This document shows positions 50,626 through 63,439 of a DNA stretch of 64,000 nt, piece after piece. The notes under the pieces are model-generated. The model did not search any database. It worked only from the letters and a program-made list of their open reading frames with translations, and was not told the DNA's origin. The stretch spans positions 14,880,001 through 14,944,000 of the forward strand of contig NC_090360.1 in the NCBI RefSeq assembly GCF_035084215.1. The letters run 5' to 3'. Within the stretch, counting starts at the first letter, position 1. Each line of letters starts with the position of its first letter. This stretch comes from Heptranchias perlo (taxonomy: Eukaryota). A program made the translations under genes and the position numbers.

Positions 50626-53600
50626 CCTGAACTGTGATTTTTCTTCTCAAACAATTAAAAAGAACCCTATTTACATGCATTCCAGTGGATCTAAGTTTTC
50701 CAAAAAATATAACTGGCAGAGCAAGGTTTGAGGGAAAGGGATCAAGAATTAAAGGACCTGAAACTAAATTGAGATATGCCACTTAACACAATCCTTATTC
50801 AGAATTGATTTTAATTTTTAATAAGCACATTGATCAGACCAAAGGTACTGACCTAGGCATTGCTGTTGGTGACAAATGCATGGTCAAATTTTTGACTGAT
50901 TTTTGTAATGGCTCGTGCCTGATACAATGGTTTCCTACTGGTGTTAATGTAAATGATAAATGTTTTCTTTGCTGTTTGAAGACTGGTATAGCGACTGTCC
51001 GATTGTTGGCTCATGTCCCCATTTCTGATGGGTTGTTTCTCACAGTAGAGGCACTGACCTAACCATATAGTAGTGGGGGGGGGGGGTGACATTAACTGCT
51101 TGTCAGCCACCATGACAGTTCTTCATACCCAACCCCACATAGACAATGAGGTGAATCCTGACTTATCTCCACAGCTGACCTACCTTGTATTCCCTCTGCA
51201 TTCCTGACGCTGTCACTATCAGCCTATTGCTTAGTCCAGGGGTCTCTACCACCCACTGCCCATGCTTGTCCCTTTGTAATAGGCCTCTGCTCTCATCTGT
51301 TGCTCAGCCCTCCTGCTGCCTAGGTCCTCTCCTCTTTGCGCTCAGGCCTCTGCTGCCCAGCCCACGAGCAATGTTTGTAGGAGATGCACCAACCAACGTT
51401 GCTTAAAAAGGAATGTCGAATGAAAGGAATGGATTAAGAATTTTGAAAGAGCACTTTTGTTAAAATCTGGACAAAGTTACGTTTAATGTTGTGTTGCTCG
51501 GACATACTATTGAAAACCTTTAAGAACAGGCTGCCAAGAGAATAAGATCTCAGGTTCAAATGCCAAATGCAACATAATGTAATGTCTTGTAATGCCATAA
51601 AAAAGACAAGGATGCATTTCTGACATTGAAACTGTGCTCATTGTATTTTCAGAGGTTCTAATGATATCGATGGCCCCAGCCTGTGAGATGTGGGAATTTC
51701 GGACCAGTAATATTACTGAGTTATCTTTAACAGTGAATTATAGAAAATGCACTCATATACACCATAATAACATTTTCACTGCTGCACGACCCCTAGTGGC
51801 AGAGGTCAGCACCACAAAAGGTCTTTCGGTAAATGGTTTTTGTGAAAAGAGATTTCCTCACCAGCGCTGCAATGTTGGTAGTGGGGGGAGGGGTTCTACA
51901 TATGAGAAGTCATCCTATCATTTGCAGTCAGAGAGATTACTTGATTACTGACTATCCTTTGCACCTTTCAAACTCCATACAATTTCAACCATATAAGGCA
52001 AAAACCATTTTCTGTAATACTAAAGATTAGGAAGCAATACTAATGGAATATTCGAAACCATAAATCATTTTTTAAATTGCACTTTTCCTCCTCACTTCTT
52101 GTAGTTCCACAGGAAACGGAAACCTTCTGGTGCCTAATCCTCATGTCGCACCAAGTCCTGTTCACCCCTCACCCCTGCACTCATTGACCTACATTGGCTC
52201 TCAGTCCACCAATGCCTCAAATTTAAAACTCTCATCCTCGGGTTCAAACGGCTCCGCTCCTCCCTGTCTCTGCAAACTCCCCCAGCCCTACAATCCTCCG
52301 AGATCGCTGCCTTCCGCCAACTCTGGCCTCTTGTGCATCTCCGACTTCCTTCGCCCCACCATTGGTGGTTGTGCCTTTAGCCATCTAAGCCCTAAATCTG
52401 GAATTCCCTTTCTAAACATCTCTGCTTCTCCACATCTCTCATCTCCTTTAAGACGTTCCTTAAAACCCACCTCAGCTGTCGTAATGACTTCTTCTTTGCC
52501 TTGGTGTTAATTTTTTGTCTGATAACGCTCCTGTGAAGCGCCTTGGGACATTATACTACGTTAAAGTCACGATATAAATGCAAGTTGTTATTGTTGAACA
52601 TTGATTATCAATGGGCTATTTGACTAGGGAGGACATCACAGTTAAGCACATATTTTGTCCTCACCCAATGCCTACGCAAGTGCACCAGGAGTTTCTGGAT
52701 AAAGATCAGAGATGGTTCTTGCTCCCCTTCCCAGTCCAGCTGTGACCAATTGCAACACCTGCCCCTCTCCACCACTGTCCCAGCTGAGATCAGTGAAGAC
52801 AGTAGAGACCTGAAATTTAACGAGGGCTCTCCCAGTCACCCACTATAATCCCGGGAGAAGCATGGAACCCGTAGGAGAAATGGAGTAAAGAGCTGAAAAT
52901 GGCTACTTACCATATCTGAAGTTCCAGTGGGAGATTTGGAGAAGTTCCTTGGAATTTCAGAGCCCAGAGATCAAACCTGGGACCTCACTGTTGTTTATGG
53001 CTCAATGCTGCATCACATTTACCTACTCAGTCATCAGGAAGTGGGTGAGGTTTGCTCATATATCATTTCTTAATTCACATTATTCTCCAAATAAATTACA
53101 ATCTTACTATTATTTTTGGCGCTATCGCATTCTTAAAAATTTAAGGAAATAATTTCACCATGAATCATGTTTGAAGTATTGCATAGTGGAAATACATTCA
53201 GCAGGGACTCAGAACTCAGAGTATAGTCATTTAGGGGTTATATAGGTTAGCTTTCAATAGGAGAACCACAAGTGCATTTCAGTTGACACAAATCTAAGCA
53301 GTATTAGCTTGTGTTTAAATTTAAGATGCCCGGATTGGGGGTGATTTGGTGAATAAATATTGATATCCTTTGGAGAGGGTGTTCAAATTTCTCAGGTGTA
53401 GAGTTGGGCTCATGGAATTGGGGCAAGGTCTATAGAATGGTGCCAACACTTGATGATAGAAGACATGGCAATACATCACGATCAGCATGGCACTCCTCAT
53501 TTAATGAGCTCAAACCAAATTTAAAAAATAGTATCACCTTTTACTTCAGCCAAGAACAACATTCCTTTTGTCAAAACCACAAGTTTTAACTACCAGTGGA

Positions 53601-53965
53601 AAAATATCACTACTTGTATCCCTTGAGAAAAAGCTAAAATAACATGAAAAGAAAAATCACAGAATGCATATTCCCTATAAAGCTGGAAATATATTACATA
53701 TTTTAGTCAGCCACGTGGATAATCCCACCTATTATCATTAAGAAATGATTCATATTTTATACAACTTTTGTTTCTTTATTTGATTTTCCAATCTTCGATG
53801 CCACATCTAGTTTAACACCTGAATATTTGCAAACCACCATACAAAGCAGTACATGTATGAAGCACTCCAGTTGTCATTTCTGAGTTACTCTATAGACATG
53901 TATATAGTCTTTAAAATGCTGAGATTCCTTCAGTACAGAGTTACCACAGCTTTCATTACCTTTTG

Positions 53966-56900
53966 CTAATTGTTTTCTATGGCAATATCCTCCAGTTCCC
54001 CAGTGACAATTAATTCCAAATTAAGGTGCTCTGGTTGTAACTGACTGTTCATTGCACTGCACTGTGTCTCATTTTCAATACCTGCCCTGCCTTCAGTGTG
54101 AGGATCGTAAAGTGTCTCGATATATGGTTGATTTCCTTGCTCCTCCGTGCGCCTCAAGTCAGTGTTAGTCCATTCATTTAAAGATTCCTCCTCTTCTTGT
54201 ACCTCCAGAAGAATTGCAGGTGCTGACATTTGAGAAGGAGGCGTGATGGTTGATACTGATGTTAAAGGAAAGGACAGAAACCCAGGATATAACACGTAGG
54301 AAGTATTAAAAAAATCTATTGAAGACACACTGGATGGGTTTTGACCTGTTGAGGGTATGGACACCTGGAAGTACTTGCCAGTTTCTGGATCATACAGTGT
54401 CTTTGTCTGTACTTGGACAGGGATATCTACAACAAAGTATTGACCAGATTCAGGATCTTGAAGTAATTTTCGTTGGCTTAATGGGAACGAGTGTACGGAT
54501 GCAACTGGCTGTGCATTATTTAATGCCATGATGTTAGGAACAGCTGGAATAACACAAGAGTCGAGTTGCACTGTAGGTACCGGAGAACAAACAATGGGCA
54601 TTGGTGACGTGGGTACACATGGGGGAGACACTGGCACGTTTGAGATAGTTGCATCAGTTTCTGTGTCATCGCTACCTGGTTTCTTCTGCTTGCCATCGGT
54701 CCTTTTTCTCCTGGTGGCCAATTTTTTGGCTCGGCGCAATGCTTTTTCAGACTTCGGAGGAACAACTGGAGGTTTTCCTGCTGCTTTTGAATCAAAACTG
54801 CATGCTGATACTGGCCGTGGATTCATAGCGACTGAATTGCCCATAGGCATCTCCTCAGAGTCAAGTTTGTCATAGTCTAGGTTTTCTTCTGACACAAACA
54901 TGATTGGCGTTTCCTTAAACGTATTCACATCAGCATCCTCAGATACTGTTTTGGGGACAATTGGCTTCACAGTTTTCATTACTGGGGACGTTTTCGACGC
55001 GTTATCTTTGATTTTAAACAAAGTGGGTCTTGGCGAATTTGCGACATTATTTCCTGGTCCTCGTACTTCTTTTTCAGGTTTTGAAAAAATGCTGTAGAAG
55101 TTTTCTTCGCTCATGTCCAAGGAACTATTGTCTTTCATTCTATTTTCTGTTGACATTTCCTCTTGGAAGTTACTTTGATTCTCATCCTTCTTCTCAGAGT
55201 TTGCTGCTGGATCACTCAATGCATAATATTGCAACTCACTCTTATCAAAATCTTTGTTTTCCTCAGCTGTGGGGCGACTATTCAGAGAACTCCTCTTGGA
55301 GTTGCCTTCAGTGCACCCCTCAGTCGAGTGGTCAACCATCACTTGTTCTGTGTCTCGATAGTGATCATCACCTAAGACAAAATAGGATTGACTGGATGAT
55401 TTAAAATCCTGCGTAGCTTTGTCTTCTCTGATAGAATGGGAAGATACCCTGTTGCTGGACACATTCCCTTCCATCTTTGGCCAACAAGTATCTTCTGCTC
55501 TTTTTGATGTCAACAAATCGTCTTGTTTTTTGAAATGATTTTCAGTTGGGCAGTTATCTTTGTTCAAGTGGCTGAATAAGGGACACTCAGGTTTTCTGTT
55601 GCGATGGAATTTATTTTGTCTTTCTTTTGTATTTTCTTGCACCATCTTTGTTTCCTCTGGGCTATCTCTTGCAGACCCTGATTTTTTCTGTAAAGTTGAT
55701 GAAGGACAATCTGTTTTCTTCTTCACATTCAATTTGCTCGGCTGATGTGCAACCTTTCTGTCCAGGTCCCTCTCTGCATGAATTTCTGTTGTTACCATCG
55801 CAGATCGAGGCCTCGTATTTTTTGTTCGCCAACTAGGATAACTTCCGGCTTCTTTCACCGTTTGTGGTGATCTTAAGTTGAGGTAGTCATCGTTCTTCCA
55901 TGTGTCTGGATCAGCTTCATGGTTTATTGCAGCTTTACTGAGACACCGAGCAGCGGGTGTGGTAACAGGCTGTTTGTCAGATGTTTCCTGTTCATTCGAG
56001 TCACTCATATTGTTTTCCCCAATACCTAGCCTTAAAGGAGCAGATGACGTTCTTTCACTGGCTTGTTTTATGTTTTGGAAAACGTAGTCCTTGTTTTTGC
56101 TTTGCTCAGAAAGGCTGTGTGGAGTAATAACAGATGAGTAAGTGGATTTTACTCGTTTCCTGACATCTTTGAGATTATATAGCAGGCTTGAGGCCTTGGA
56201 TTTATAACTGTCACGCAATTGGTAATCAGTACTTCCTTTCATTTCATCCCCCTGATTCACGGGAAGCTGAATGAGAGGAGGTGTCACTACAATTGTCTGG
56301 TTTTTTGATATTTCTGTTCCATTTGCATTGTGGACAATATTTGGTGTCAGAAGCTTTGAAATACTAAAGGAAGGACTTTCAACTCGAGGAATCTGTTCAG
56401 CCGATGTTGCAACTTCTTTAACATCAGCCGTAGGGTGACATTTTGTGGAGAGAACTTCTCTACTGGTAATCCCTGTTTCCATTTGCTTTTTATGTAGTGG
56501 ATTTCTTGAGTTTTTCCACAGCTGAAAACTTCTTTCCTCATCCCCATTTTCTATGGCACCACAACTATTCTTTTCAGGGCTAAATGTCTGCAAACTATTG
56601 CCTTGCTCTTGGCTTTCTTTGACGCCATAATTATTCTCTTCAGACATAAATGTGTGAAAATCTGAATCTCTGCTTCTGGGCGAACAGTTTGCTGGTTTCC
56701 GTGTTGTCGTAGTTTTGACCTCATTTGGAGACTGTACGGGTACCAATGAATGCATCCTTCTGCAAATGAAGGCATTATCACACAAGTTCTGCGTCTGTAC
56801 ACTGGACTCAAGGTTGATGTCAAGTTTCTCAATATGATCATCATTCTCAAACATAGATTTACTGTGATCGTGCCAGGATTTGAATGCACTGCATTCACTA

Positions 56901-57769
56901 TGAAGGAAGCTACTCTTTGAATCAAGTTTCTTCACCTTGTTGGCTTTTACAATCGGACTTTTATCTAACTTTTTACTAGAATGATTAAGAAATGTCAAGT
57001 TAGAGGGGTGACCTTGCTTTCTATAGAGTGTGGTTTTCATATTTCCCAAAATATTGGTTTTGCTGTCCTTTTCATGTGGAAGTTGTTTCTTATTTACCCA
57101 ATAATTTTCTTGACAAGAAGCAGAAAAGCTTGATAGCTCTTTGTGCATATTGGTGATAGCTGATGTATCCCATCGTGCAATGTGTTTAATGTCATTTTCT
57201 TCCGGTATTTCAGAGTGTCCACTCGTAGCTTGTTTTGCACTCAACATGAGGTCTCCTGTGAAATCTCTATCACTTTGATCAAATGCTTCAATCAATGAAG
57301 AAACTTTTGAGTTTTGTTTACTTGGTTTCTGACTTGATCCAACGGTTTCACTTAGGAAGCCATTTCCTGTGCTACTTTTGGCATCTTTTTCTTCTCTGAC
57401 AGGACATTGTACTGTTGATTCCTGGAATGTTTCAGGTAATTCTTTTGGCTGCCTTTTGATTAGTTTCGGTGACTTATTACAGTTTTTCAATTCGCCTGTA
57501 GAATGCTTTCTCCTTTCTGAACTTTGAGGGCCACTTGCATGATTCCCGCTGACAACTGATGACGAACTGGGAATATCCAAATCATCATTTATACCTTCTT
57601 CTGCAACACACAAGCTCTTAAAAGCACGCTCTGTAAGACTACTTACTTCTCTATCCGCCTCATCCAAAACGCTTCCAACACTTGACGTATCACTGAAACC
57701 ATCCACGTGTTTAGAATGTCCTTGCATGATTCTTGTTTTAGCTGCGCACCTGTTATCCAAAGAGTCCAT
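53966..57769 (-). CDS. C10orf71: Cardiac-enriched FHL2-interacting protein (CEFIP, C10orf71 orthologue), single coding exon, 1267 aa (1253 aa from ATG 57727)
   Basis: N-terminal FSDTSSVGSVLDEADREVSSLTERAFKSLC, internal YKSKASSLLYNLKDVRKRVKSTYS and KPPVVPPKSEKALRRAKKLA, C-terminal DUF4585-like RKLLQDPESGQYFVVD...LYDPETGKY. Convergent with DRGX as in human. Acceptor TTTGCACAG gives exon start 57929. Confidence 0.93.
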   Translation of the reverse strand: MDSLDNRCAAKTRIMQGHSKHVDGFSDTSSVGSVLDEADREVSSLTERAFKSLCVAEEGINDDLDIPSSSSVVSGNHASGPQSSERRKHSTGELKNCNKSPKLIKRQPKELPETFQESTVQCPVREEKDAKSSTGNGFLSETVGSSQKPSKQNSKVSSLIEAFDQSDRDFTGDLMLSAKQATSGHSEIPEENDIKHIARWDTSAITNMHKELSSFSASCQENYWVNKKQLPHEKDSKTNILGNMKTTLYRKQGHPSNLTFLNHSSKKLDKSPIVKANKVKKLDSKSSFLHSECSAFKSWHDHSKSMFENDDHIEKLDINLESSVQTQNLCDNAFICRRMHSLVPVQSPNEVKTTTTRKPANCSPRSRDSDFHTFMSEENNYGVKESQEQGNSLQTFSPEKNSCGAIENGDEERSFQLWKNSRNPLHKKQMETGITSREVLSTKCHPTADVKEVATSAEQIPRVESPSFSISKLLTPNIVHNANGTEISKNQTIVVTPPLIQLPVNQGDEMKGSTDYQLRDSYKSKASSLLYNLKDVRKRVKSTYSSVITPHSLSEQSKNKDYVFQNIKQASERTSSAPLRLGIGENNMSDSNEQETSDKQPVTTPAARCLSKAAINHEADPDTWKNDDYLNLRSPQTVKEAGSYPSWRTKNTRPRSAMVTTEIHAERDLDRKVAHQPSKLNVKKKTDCPSSTLQKKSGSARDSPEETKMVQENTKERQNKFHRNRKPECPLFSHLNKDNCPTENHFKKQDDLLTSKRAEDTCWPKMEGNVSSNRVSSHSIREDKATQDFKSSSQSYFVLGDDHYRDTEQVMVDHSTEGCTEGNSKRSSLNSRPTAEENKDFDKSELQYYALSDPAANSEKKDENQSNFQEEMSTENRMKDNSSLDMSEENFYSIFSKPEKEVRGPGNNVANSPRPTLFKIKDNASKTSPVMKTVKPIVPKTVSEDADVNTFKETPIMFVSEENLDYDKLDSEEMPMGNSVAMNPRPVSACSFDSKAAGKPPVVPPKSEKALRRAKKLATRRKRTDGKQKKPGSDDTETDATISNVPVSPPCVPTSPMPIVCSPVPTVQLDSCVIPAVPNIMALNNAQPVASVHSFPLSQRKLLQDPESGQYFVVDIPVQVQTKTLYDPETGKYFQVSIPSTGQNPSSVSSIDFFNTSYVLYPGFLSFPLTSVSTITPPSQMSAPAILLEVQEEEESLNEWTNTDLRRTEEQGNQPYIETLYDPHTEGRAGIENETQCSAMNSQLQPEHLNLELIVTGELEDIAIENN

Positions 57770-58114
57770 AATCCTGGGCTGTTCACCAGAATCTCTTTTA
57801 TCGGCAGATGTACGTTCAATTCTACGTTCCTTCGTGTTTCTAAAATATTTGGCTTCGTACTTAAGATTTCTGAAGCTTCCTCATCCTTCACCCATTCAGA
57901 TCCCAAGTCACGAAACAAGGATTTCTTTCCTGTGCAAAGAAAAATATTGTTATTTTTTTTAATTGTACACTCGGAAGCTTTATCTTAGTCTGAGTTAAAA
58001 CTGTGGATCAGGTTGAACATTCATCACCATTACAATGATTCAATTAAGCAAAACTGCTAGCATCAGATCTTGTACGCATTCGAATTTTGAGATACAGGAA
58101 AATTGAGAATGGAG

Positions 58115-58300
58115 ATAAAACAAAATGCTGTAGATGCTGGAAATCTGCAACACAATTGAAGATATTGGAAACACTCAGCAGGTCAGGCAGTATCTGTCGA
58201 CAGAACACAAGTCAACATTGCGGGTATAGAACCCTTCCTCAGAACTGAAAGATATTACAGAGGAACAGCATTTAAAAGGGAACAGAACAACGGAAAGGGG
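58115..58300 (-). mobile_element. Penelope-like element terminal fragment
   Basis: Minus strand CAGTTCTGAGGAAGGGT...ACCCGCAATGTTGAC...CTGCCTGACCTGCTGAGTGTTTCC...CAGATTTCCAGCATCT, a common chondrichthyan repeat end. Confidence 0.6.
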
Positions 58301-58409
58301 GAAGGTGAGGAGAAGGAGAACACACAATGTCCACAAACACAGGGAAATAAATCGAATGACCTGCAAAGGTTGAGAATGGATCATTTTGTTATTTTTCGAT
58401 AGATAGCCC

Positions 58410-58716
58410 ACCGATTCTAGGGGTAGGGGACACAGTCTAAAAATTAGAGCCAGACCTTTCAGGAGTGAGATTAGAAAACATTTCTACACACAAAGGGTGG
58501 TAGAAGTTTGGAACTCTCTTCCGCAAACGGCAATTGATACTAGCTCAATTGCTAAATTTAAATGTGAGATAGATAGCTTTTTGTCAACCAAAGGCATTAA
58601 GGGATATGGGCCAAAGGCAGGTATATGGAGCTAGATCACAGATCAGCCATGATCTTATCAAATGGCGGAGCAGGCACGAGGGGCTGAATGGCCTACTCCT
58701 GTTCCTATGTTCCTAT
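58410..58716 (+). mobile_element. CR1 3' end (another at 61255-61530)
   Basis: GGGGACACAGTCTAAAAATTAGAGCC...GGCCTACTCCTGTTCCTATGTTCCTATG, homologous to 825-1100. Confidence 0.85.
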
Positions 58717-60584
58717 GACTGATTTCACACTAGCCGAGAAATTAACTTGTTGGAAACTTCAAATTGTTTTTTTTCATAGAAGTGTAAGTTAAGGAATTAT
58801 AAAGGGCATTTGGCCTTTCCAGGTCATTTCAATTGAACGTAGAAGACATTTTGACCATATATAAACTGATACACATCTACACCTATTCACCAGGAACCCA
58901 TTCAGCTACTGCTTGACATTTCAACACATATTGTACATTTTGTTCATAATTCTACCATATGAAGAAACTCAACCTTAACTCATGGTTTCTTGATTTTTTT
59001 GTGAATGGAAGTATTAATGAGTGTAAATCAAGTCTTGCATCCAATCTCACAAACCTTGGCTTAAGTAACAGTAAACATGTATTAATTTTTCATTAGCGTT
59101 TAGATAAGTGGAGGAGTTAAACCACCTTTGCTCATTTAATTGATAAAAAAGCATATACATGGGAAGGAGAGTAGAGGGCTCAATCTGTGGCCAACTTGGA
59201 CTCAAATTCAGATCTACAAACTAAGGCACAAAATGATATCTGACCTTAATTAAATCTTAAAATGTACATTTCCGTGACTGGAAATGGTATAGTCCATGGG
59301 TCAGGTGAACTTAATATGGATTTGATTTTATCTTAAAATCAAGATCAGATTAATTAATCTTAATCTCAATCCGATTTCCTATAAATCTTAAGAGTTAATA
59401 CTGTGCTCCCCATAGAGAATCACACTTTCAGGAAGCATGGTTAGGAGATCAGGGCTACAATGTTACAGTCCTATCTCTGACCTGCGCTCTCTTTAAGGGC
59501 TAACTGGGAGCACTGTGTTAGCCCTTTCTTTTCTCTCCAGAAGCCTAATGCTCGGGGGGTATAGTCCCAGAGGTGCTGGCCACTCTCCAGTATCTCACTC
59601 GAAGGGCTAGTCTTCATGGTGTTGATGAGTTATTCAACCTCGGGAGGATGGGGGAGAGATATGATAGCCAAGTCTTATTCCACCCTCAACCCGACATCCA
59701 CACAGGGGTCACTGGACATATGAAGATAAAGTGAGAAAAGACCATCAGGTCCATCCATGTTCACCCTATCAGGTAGACAATGCAATCTCCTTTATCATCC
59801 TCTCCAACCACTAGTAATGCTAAGACTTTGTGGGATGGCCAAATCCAACGAAAACTGGGAAATTCGTCCCTGTCTCCTTAAGGCAATCAAGCAAGCTTCG
59901 AAGGCCATGTTAAACCATGATGCATTATTAAAGAAAGGAGAAAGAAAGGCTTGCATTTATATGGTGCCTTTCATGTCCTCTGGGAGTGACTGTTAATGTG
60001 CACTCACTGTTGTTACGTAGGCAAAAGCAGCAGCTAATTTGTGCACAGCAAAGTCCCAGAGTGAATGACCAGATAATCTGTTTTTGTTATTGGTTGATTG
60101 AGGGAGGAATACTGACCAGGACACTGAGATAACTTCCTACTCTTCTTTGAACAGTGCCATGAGATCCATTATGCTCACCTGAACAGGCTGATGGGGCCTC
60201 AGTTTAATATTTATTAGTTGTACTTAACTAACCCACAGATCCCATATATCTCAATTTCCTTCGGAATACAGGGATAGGAATGGAAAAGACCATTTCTATC
60301 TGTTGGGCCAGTCCCAAAGCTCACAGTAATCAGGGAAAAAAAGATGGAATCTGGGTTGGCTAATGTTCTCCTCTCCCTAGTCCTCGGGCACTGTGGCTAA
60401 TAGTAGCATTCGTTTTTGTCCCTCAACTAATATCAGCAAACTCACCACCTAATTCAATACATCAGATTGAACTTGGGACTATCCCAGTGTGAATGGCTCA
60501 GTACCTCACTGGGAAGTGTATTTACCAATAAGTCATCTTCTTCTCAATCTTAAACATGTTCTAGCACTGTCGTAACTATAGATG

Positions 60585-60925
60585 GGGGTGGCATGGTGGG
60601 TTAGACACTAGCCTTTCATCTCTGGAACCTGTGTTCCAAATCCAGCTCAGACAGATAGGATGTATGTTTTCTCTGTCTGCTGGCTGTAAAAGCCCTATGT
60701 AAAGTGGGTTTGGGCAGTTCAATAGGCTCACAACATAAAACTGTCCCTCATTTGGCAGTAATCAGCAATCGCAGTGTGGCTGGTGTGGGAAATAGGAAAA
60801 ATGCCATGCAGGTGCAGCAAGAGGTGCTTGACTTAATTGAGAGTTGAGACGTGTTGTTGTGGCGGAGTAGAGGGAGCTTTGCTTTGTAACTAGCTGTAAT
60901 AGGTGTACTTGACACTGAAATGGAA
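60585..60925 (+). mobile_element. LF-SINE-like element
   Basis: AGCCTTTCATCTCTGG...AAATCCAGCTCAG...CTGCTGGCTG...CCTATGTAAAGTGGGTTTGG resembles the LF-SINE head. Similar copies at 3750-4125 (+) and 42325-42620 (-). Confidence 0.55.
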
Positions 60926-62417
60926 AGAGTTCCATTCCACAGCACCAATATCCCTCACCTTGGTGTGGATAAATCCCATATGGAAATGGACATTGAAACA
61001 ATGGGACTGTCCATTTAATACATTCCCTATAACAAAACAAGACCTTGAAACCATGGAGAGGGGAGTCATTTAAAAATAACCTTTTTGTTTACGAGATGGG
61101 TTGTAGAATGTTCTGTAATTTTCTATCTGCTGTGTAATTGAACATATCTGAATTGTTCTTAAACATAGATAGAAGCAATAGAAAATATGAAGCACGATTT
61201 GAATGGGAATTACTGTGCAATATATCTAATGCTATTCAGTATAAACACATATAATTTAAGGTAATTGGTAAAAGAACCAGGGGGGAGATGAAGAGAATTT
61301 TTTACACAGCGATTTGTTATGATTTGGAATGCACTGCCTGAAAGGGCGGTGGAAGCAGATTCAATAATAACTTTCAAAAGGGAATTGGATAAATAGTTGA
61401 AAGGGAAAAATTTGCAGGGCTATGGGGAAAGGGCAGGGGACTGGGATTAATTGGATAGCTCTTTCAAAGAGCTGGCATAGGCACAATGGGCTGAATAGCC
61501 TTCTTCTGTGCTGTATCATTCTATGATTCTATTATATAATTGATGTACACTTCAGGTTGTATAGAAGATAATCCAGTATATTAGTTTTAGAATACAAATC
61601 CTCCTTTTCAAGTTACTTTTAAATGGTTTATATGTTAATGTACAATTCACACTTGCATCCTATCAAATATTTTTAAGCGAGATATTTCTGAATCTTACAA
61701 AATGACCTAGGGTTTCATGCTATAGAATCTTACTTTTGTCTCTTTCCTACATTACAACAGTGACTACACTTCAAAAGTACTTCATTGGTTATAAAGCGCT
61801 TTGGGAGGTCCACAGGTCGTGAAAGGCGCTATATAAATGCAAGTCTTTCTTTCTTCCTATATTTTTCTCAATAAAGTGAGATATATCAACTGCATGAATT
61901 AGTTGAATAGCTTTCATTCAACCTCTTTAGCAGGAATTGTCTGCTGACAACTGCCCTGCCAGTAGAAGGCAGAGTGGTCCATAAAGTACAGTATCTCCTT
62001 ACTGACTGCTACTTACTGAAGTATCAAAGTACTAGACCAGCTGAAAAAGTTTTGAAAGCATAATCCCTGAAACTGAATCTGTCTCTCCTAGTTACTGGGT
62101 CGGTAACGCTGATGCACTGCACGTAATTAAAACAGATGCCACAGGTTCTCTGCGCAGTCTTCTTTGGCTCTGTCAGTTTAGGACACCACATTCCTCCACA
62201 GATAGGTCAGTGATTTAAGTCATTCTGTAAATGTGGGCCCTGCAAAAAAATTTTCCCCCCAGTCTGGCAGGGCTCCCTCCAGTGGCCTGATTGAGAACAG
62301 CTGAAATTCTCCCAGATCAGCAATAGGAAGGTTCTAGTCCTGTTGCTGCTTGAGCCAAAAGCGCAGATTAAATGGTATTGTGCCTTCATAGCTCAAACAT
62401 AATTTAGCAGGACTTAC

Positions 62418-62491
62418 CCCTTAGTTATATGCCTCCACCCACCATGCCTTCATTTGTATATTTGGTGTCAAAAAAGGTGCAATCGAGGCAA
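62418..62491 (-). other. Candidate non-coding 5'UTR exon of C10orf71
   Basis: On the minus strand, pyrimidine tract and TTACAG acceptor (62492-93) and GG|GTAAGT donor (62417). Based on splice signals only. Confidence 0.4.
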
Positions 62492-62980
62492 CTGTAACAA
62501 GGAGTATTTGGAGAAAGAGTATTGGCATGGCAATAAGAGAGTCATAGATACCTCATAGCTTAATGCACACTCCAGCAACCTCAGGTGAGCAAGTGATAAT
62601 TACCTTCTCTTGCCTTCCTCCGAGATGGAAGGTAAACTTGGCCCAGTAGACTGGCCATGGTTGTTGCCATTGCCATTCCATGGACAACCAACAGGCGGTT
62701 TCAGAAGCTTTTAAAACTCAGCTGAGTTGTGCCACATAGATTTCAAGGACAGGCTTCGAACCTGAGCCCACTGAATTTGGCAACCAGCACAAGAAGTGAT
62801 AGTTATGAGACCTTAAATTTTTCAGATCTTTCAATTTATTTTTCAATTGTAAATGAAAATATATATAATTTTTAAAAACGCCTTGAAATGTAAAGGATAC
62901 ATTTTTGTTTTAAATTTAGTTGAACAATAAATAGTACATATTTTTACATGACGGAGGAAAAGCCTTGGCCTTAAACATAC

Positions 62981-63101
62981 CTGCTCTGTTAGCTGAAGGG
63001 CCTTGTGTGCATTCCGACCAGGTTCCTGTACTTTTAAAGCCTCCTGACACACCTTCATTTGGTCTCATTGCTGCCCATCTATAGTGAGAAGTTAAATTTA
63101 G
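62981..63101 (-). promoter_or_regulatory. Candidate C10orf71 first exon and promoter
   Basis: Donor CAG|GTATGT at 62980, TATA-like TTTAAAA at 63032-38, MEF2-consensus TTAAATTTAG at 63092-63101 with a second copy at 62910-19. Confidence 0.3.
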
Positions 63102-63439
63102 TGCAATGAACTAGATACTTTGCTAGTAAACTTTGATTAAGCGTAGCTGTGACCTTCAGCTATTTTGACATTACTTAAACTCTCTCAGCACGTGGAAAGA
63201 GACCAAGCCCATTATTAACATCAGAAATGCTGATTGTAAATTAATACGTTAGACAAAAGTGATCACATCCAATCTTAAACTGATCTTTAATACTCATAAA
63301 GTATTATAAACATAGTAGTTGATGATTGATGTTTCAAATGATTCCATATTGGTGCAGCTTCAAAATGGGAGAAGAAGCAGAACAACTTTGCTTTTAGTAA
63401 AGGTAAGTCATGCTTTTCTTCCCTCTTGTGTTTTGTCCT

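Noticed and set aside
54319-57988. Short ORFs overlapping C10orf71 in other frames or on the other strand
   Set aside because: Shadow ORFs of a long coding exon with no independent motifs.
63342-63352. CArG (SRF) box upstream of C10orf71
   Set aside because: CCATATTGG has only five A/T bases and does not fit CC(A/T)6GG.
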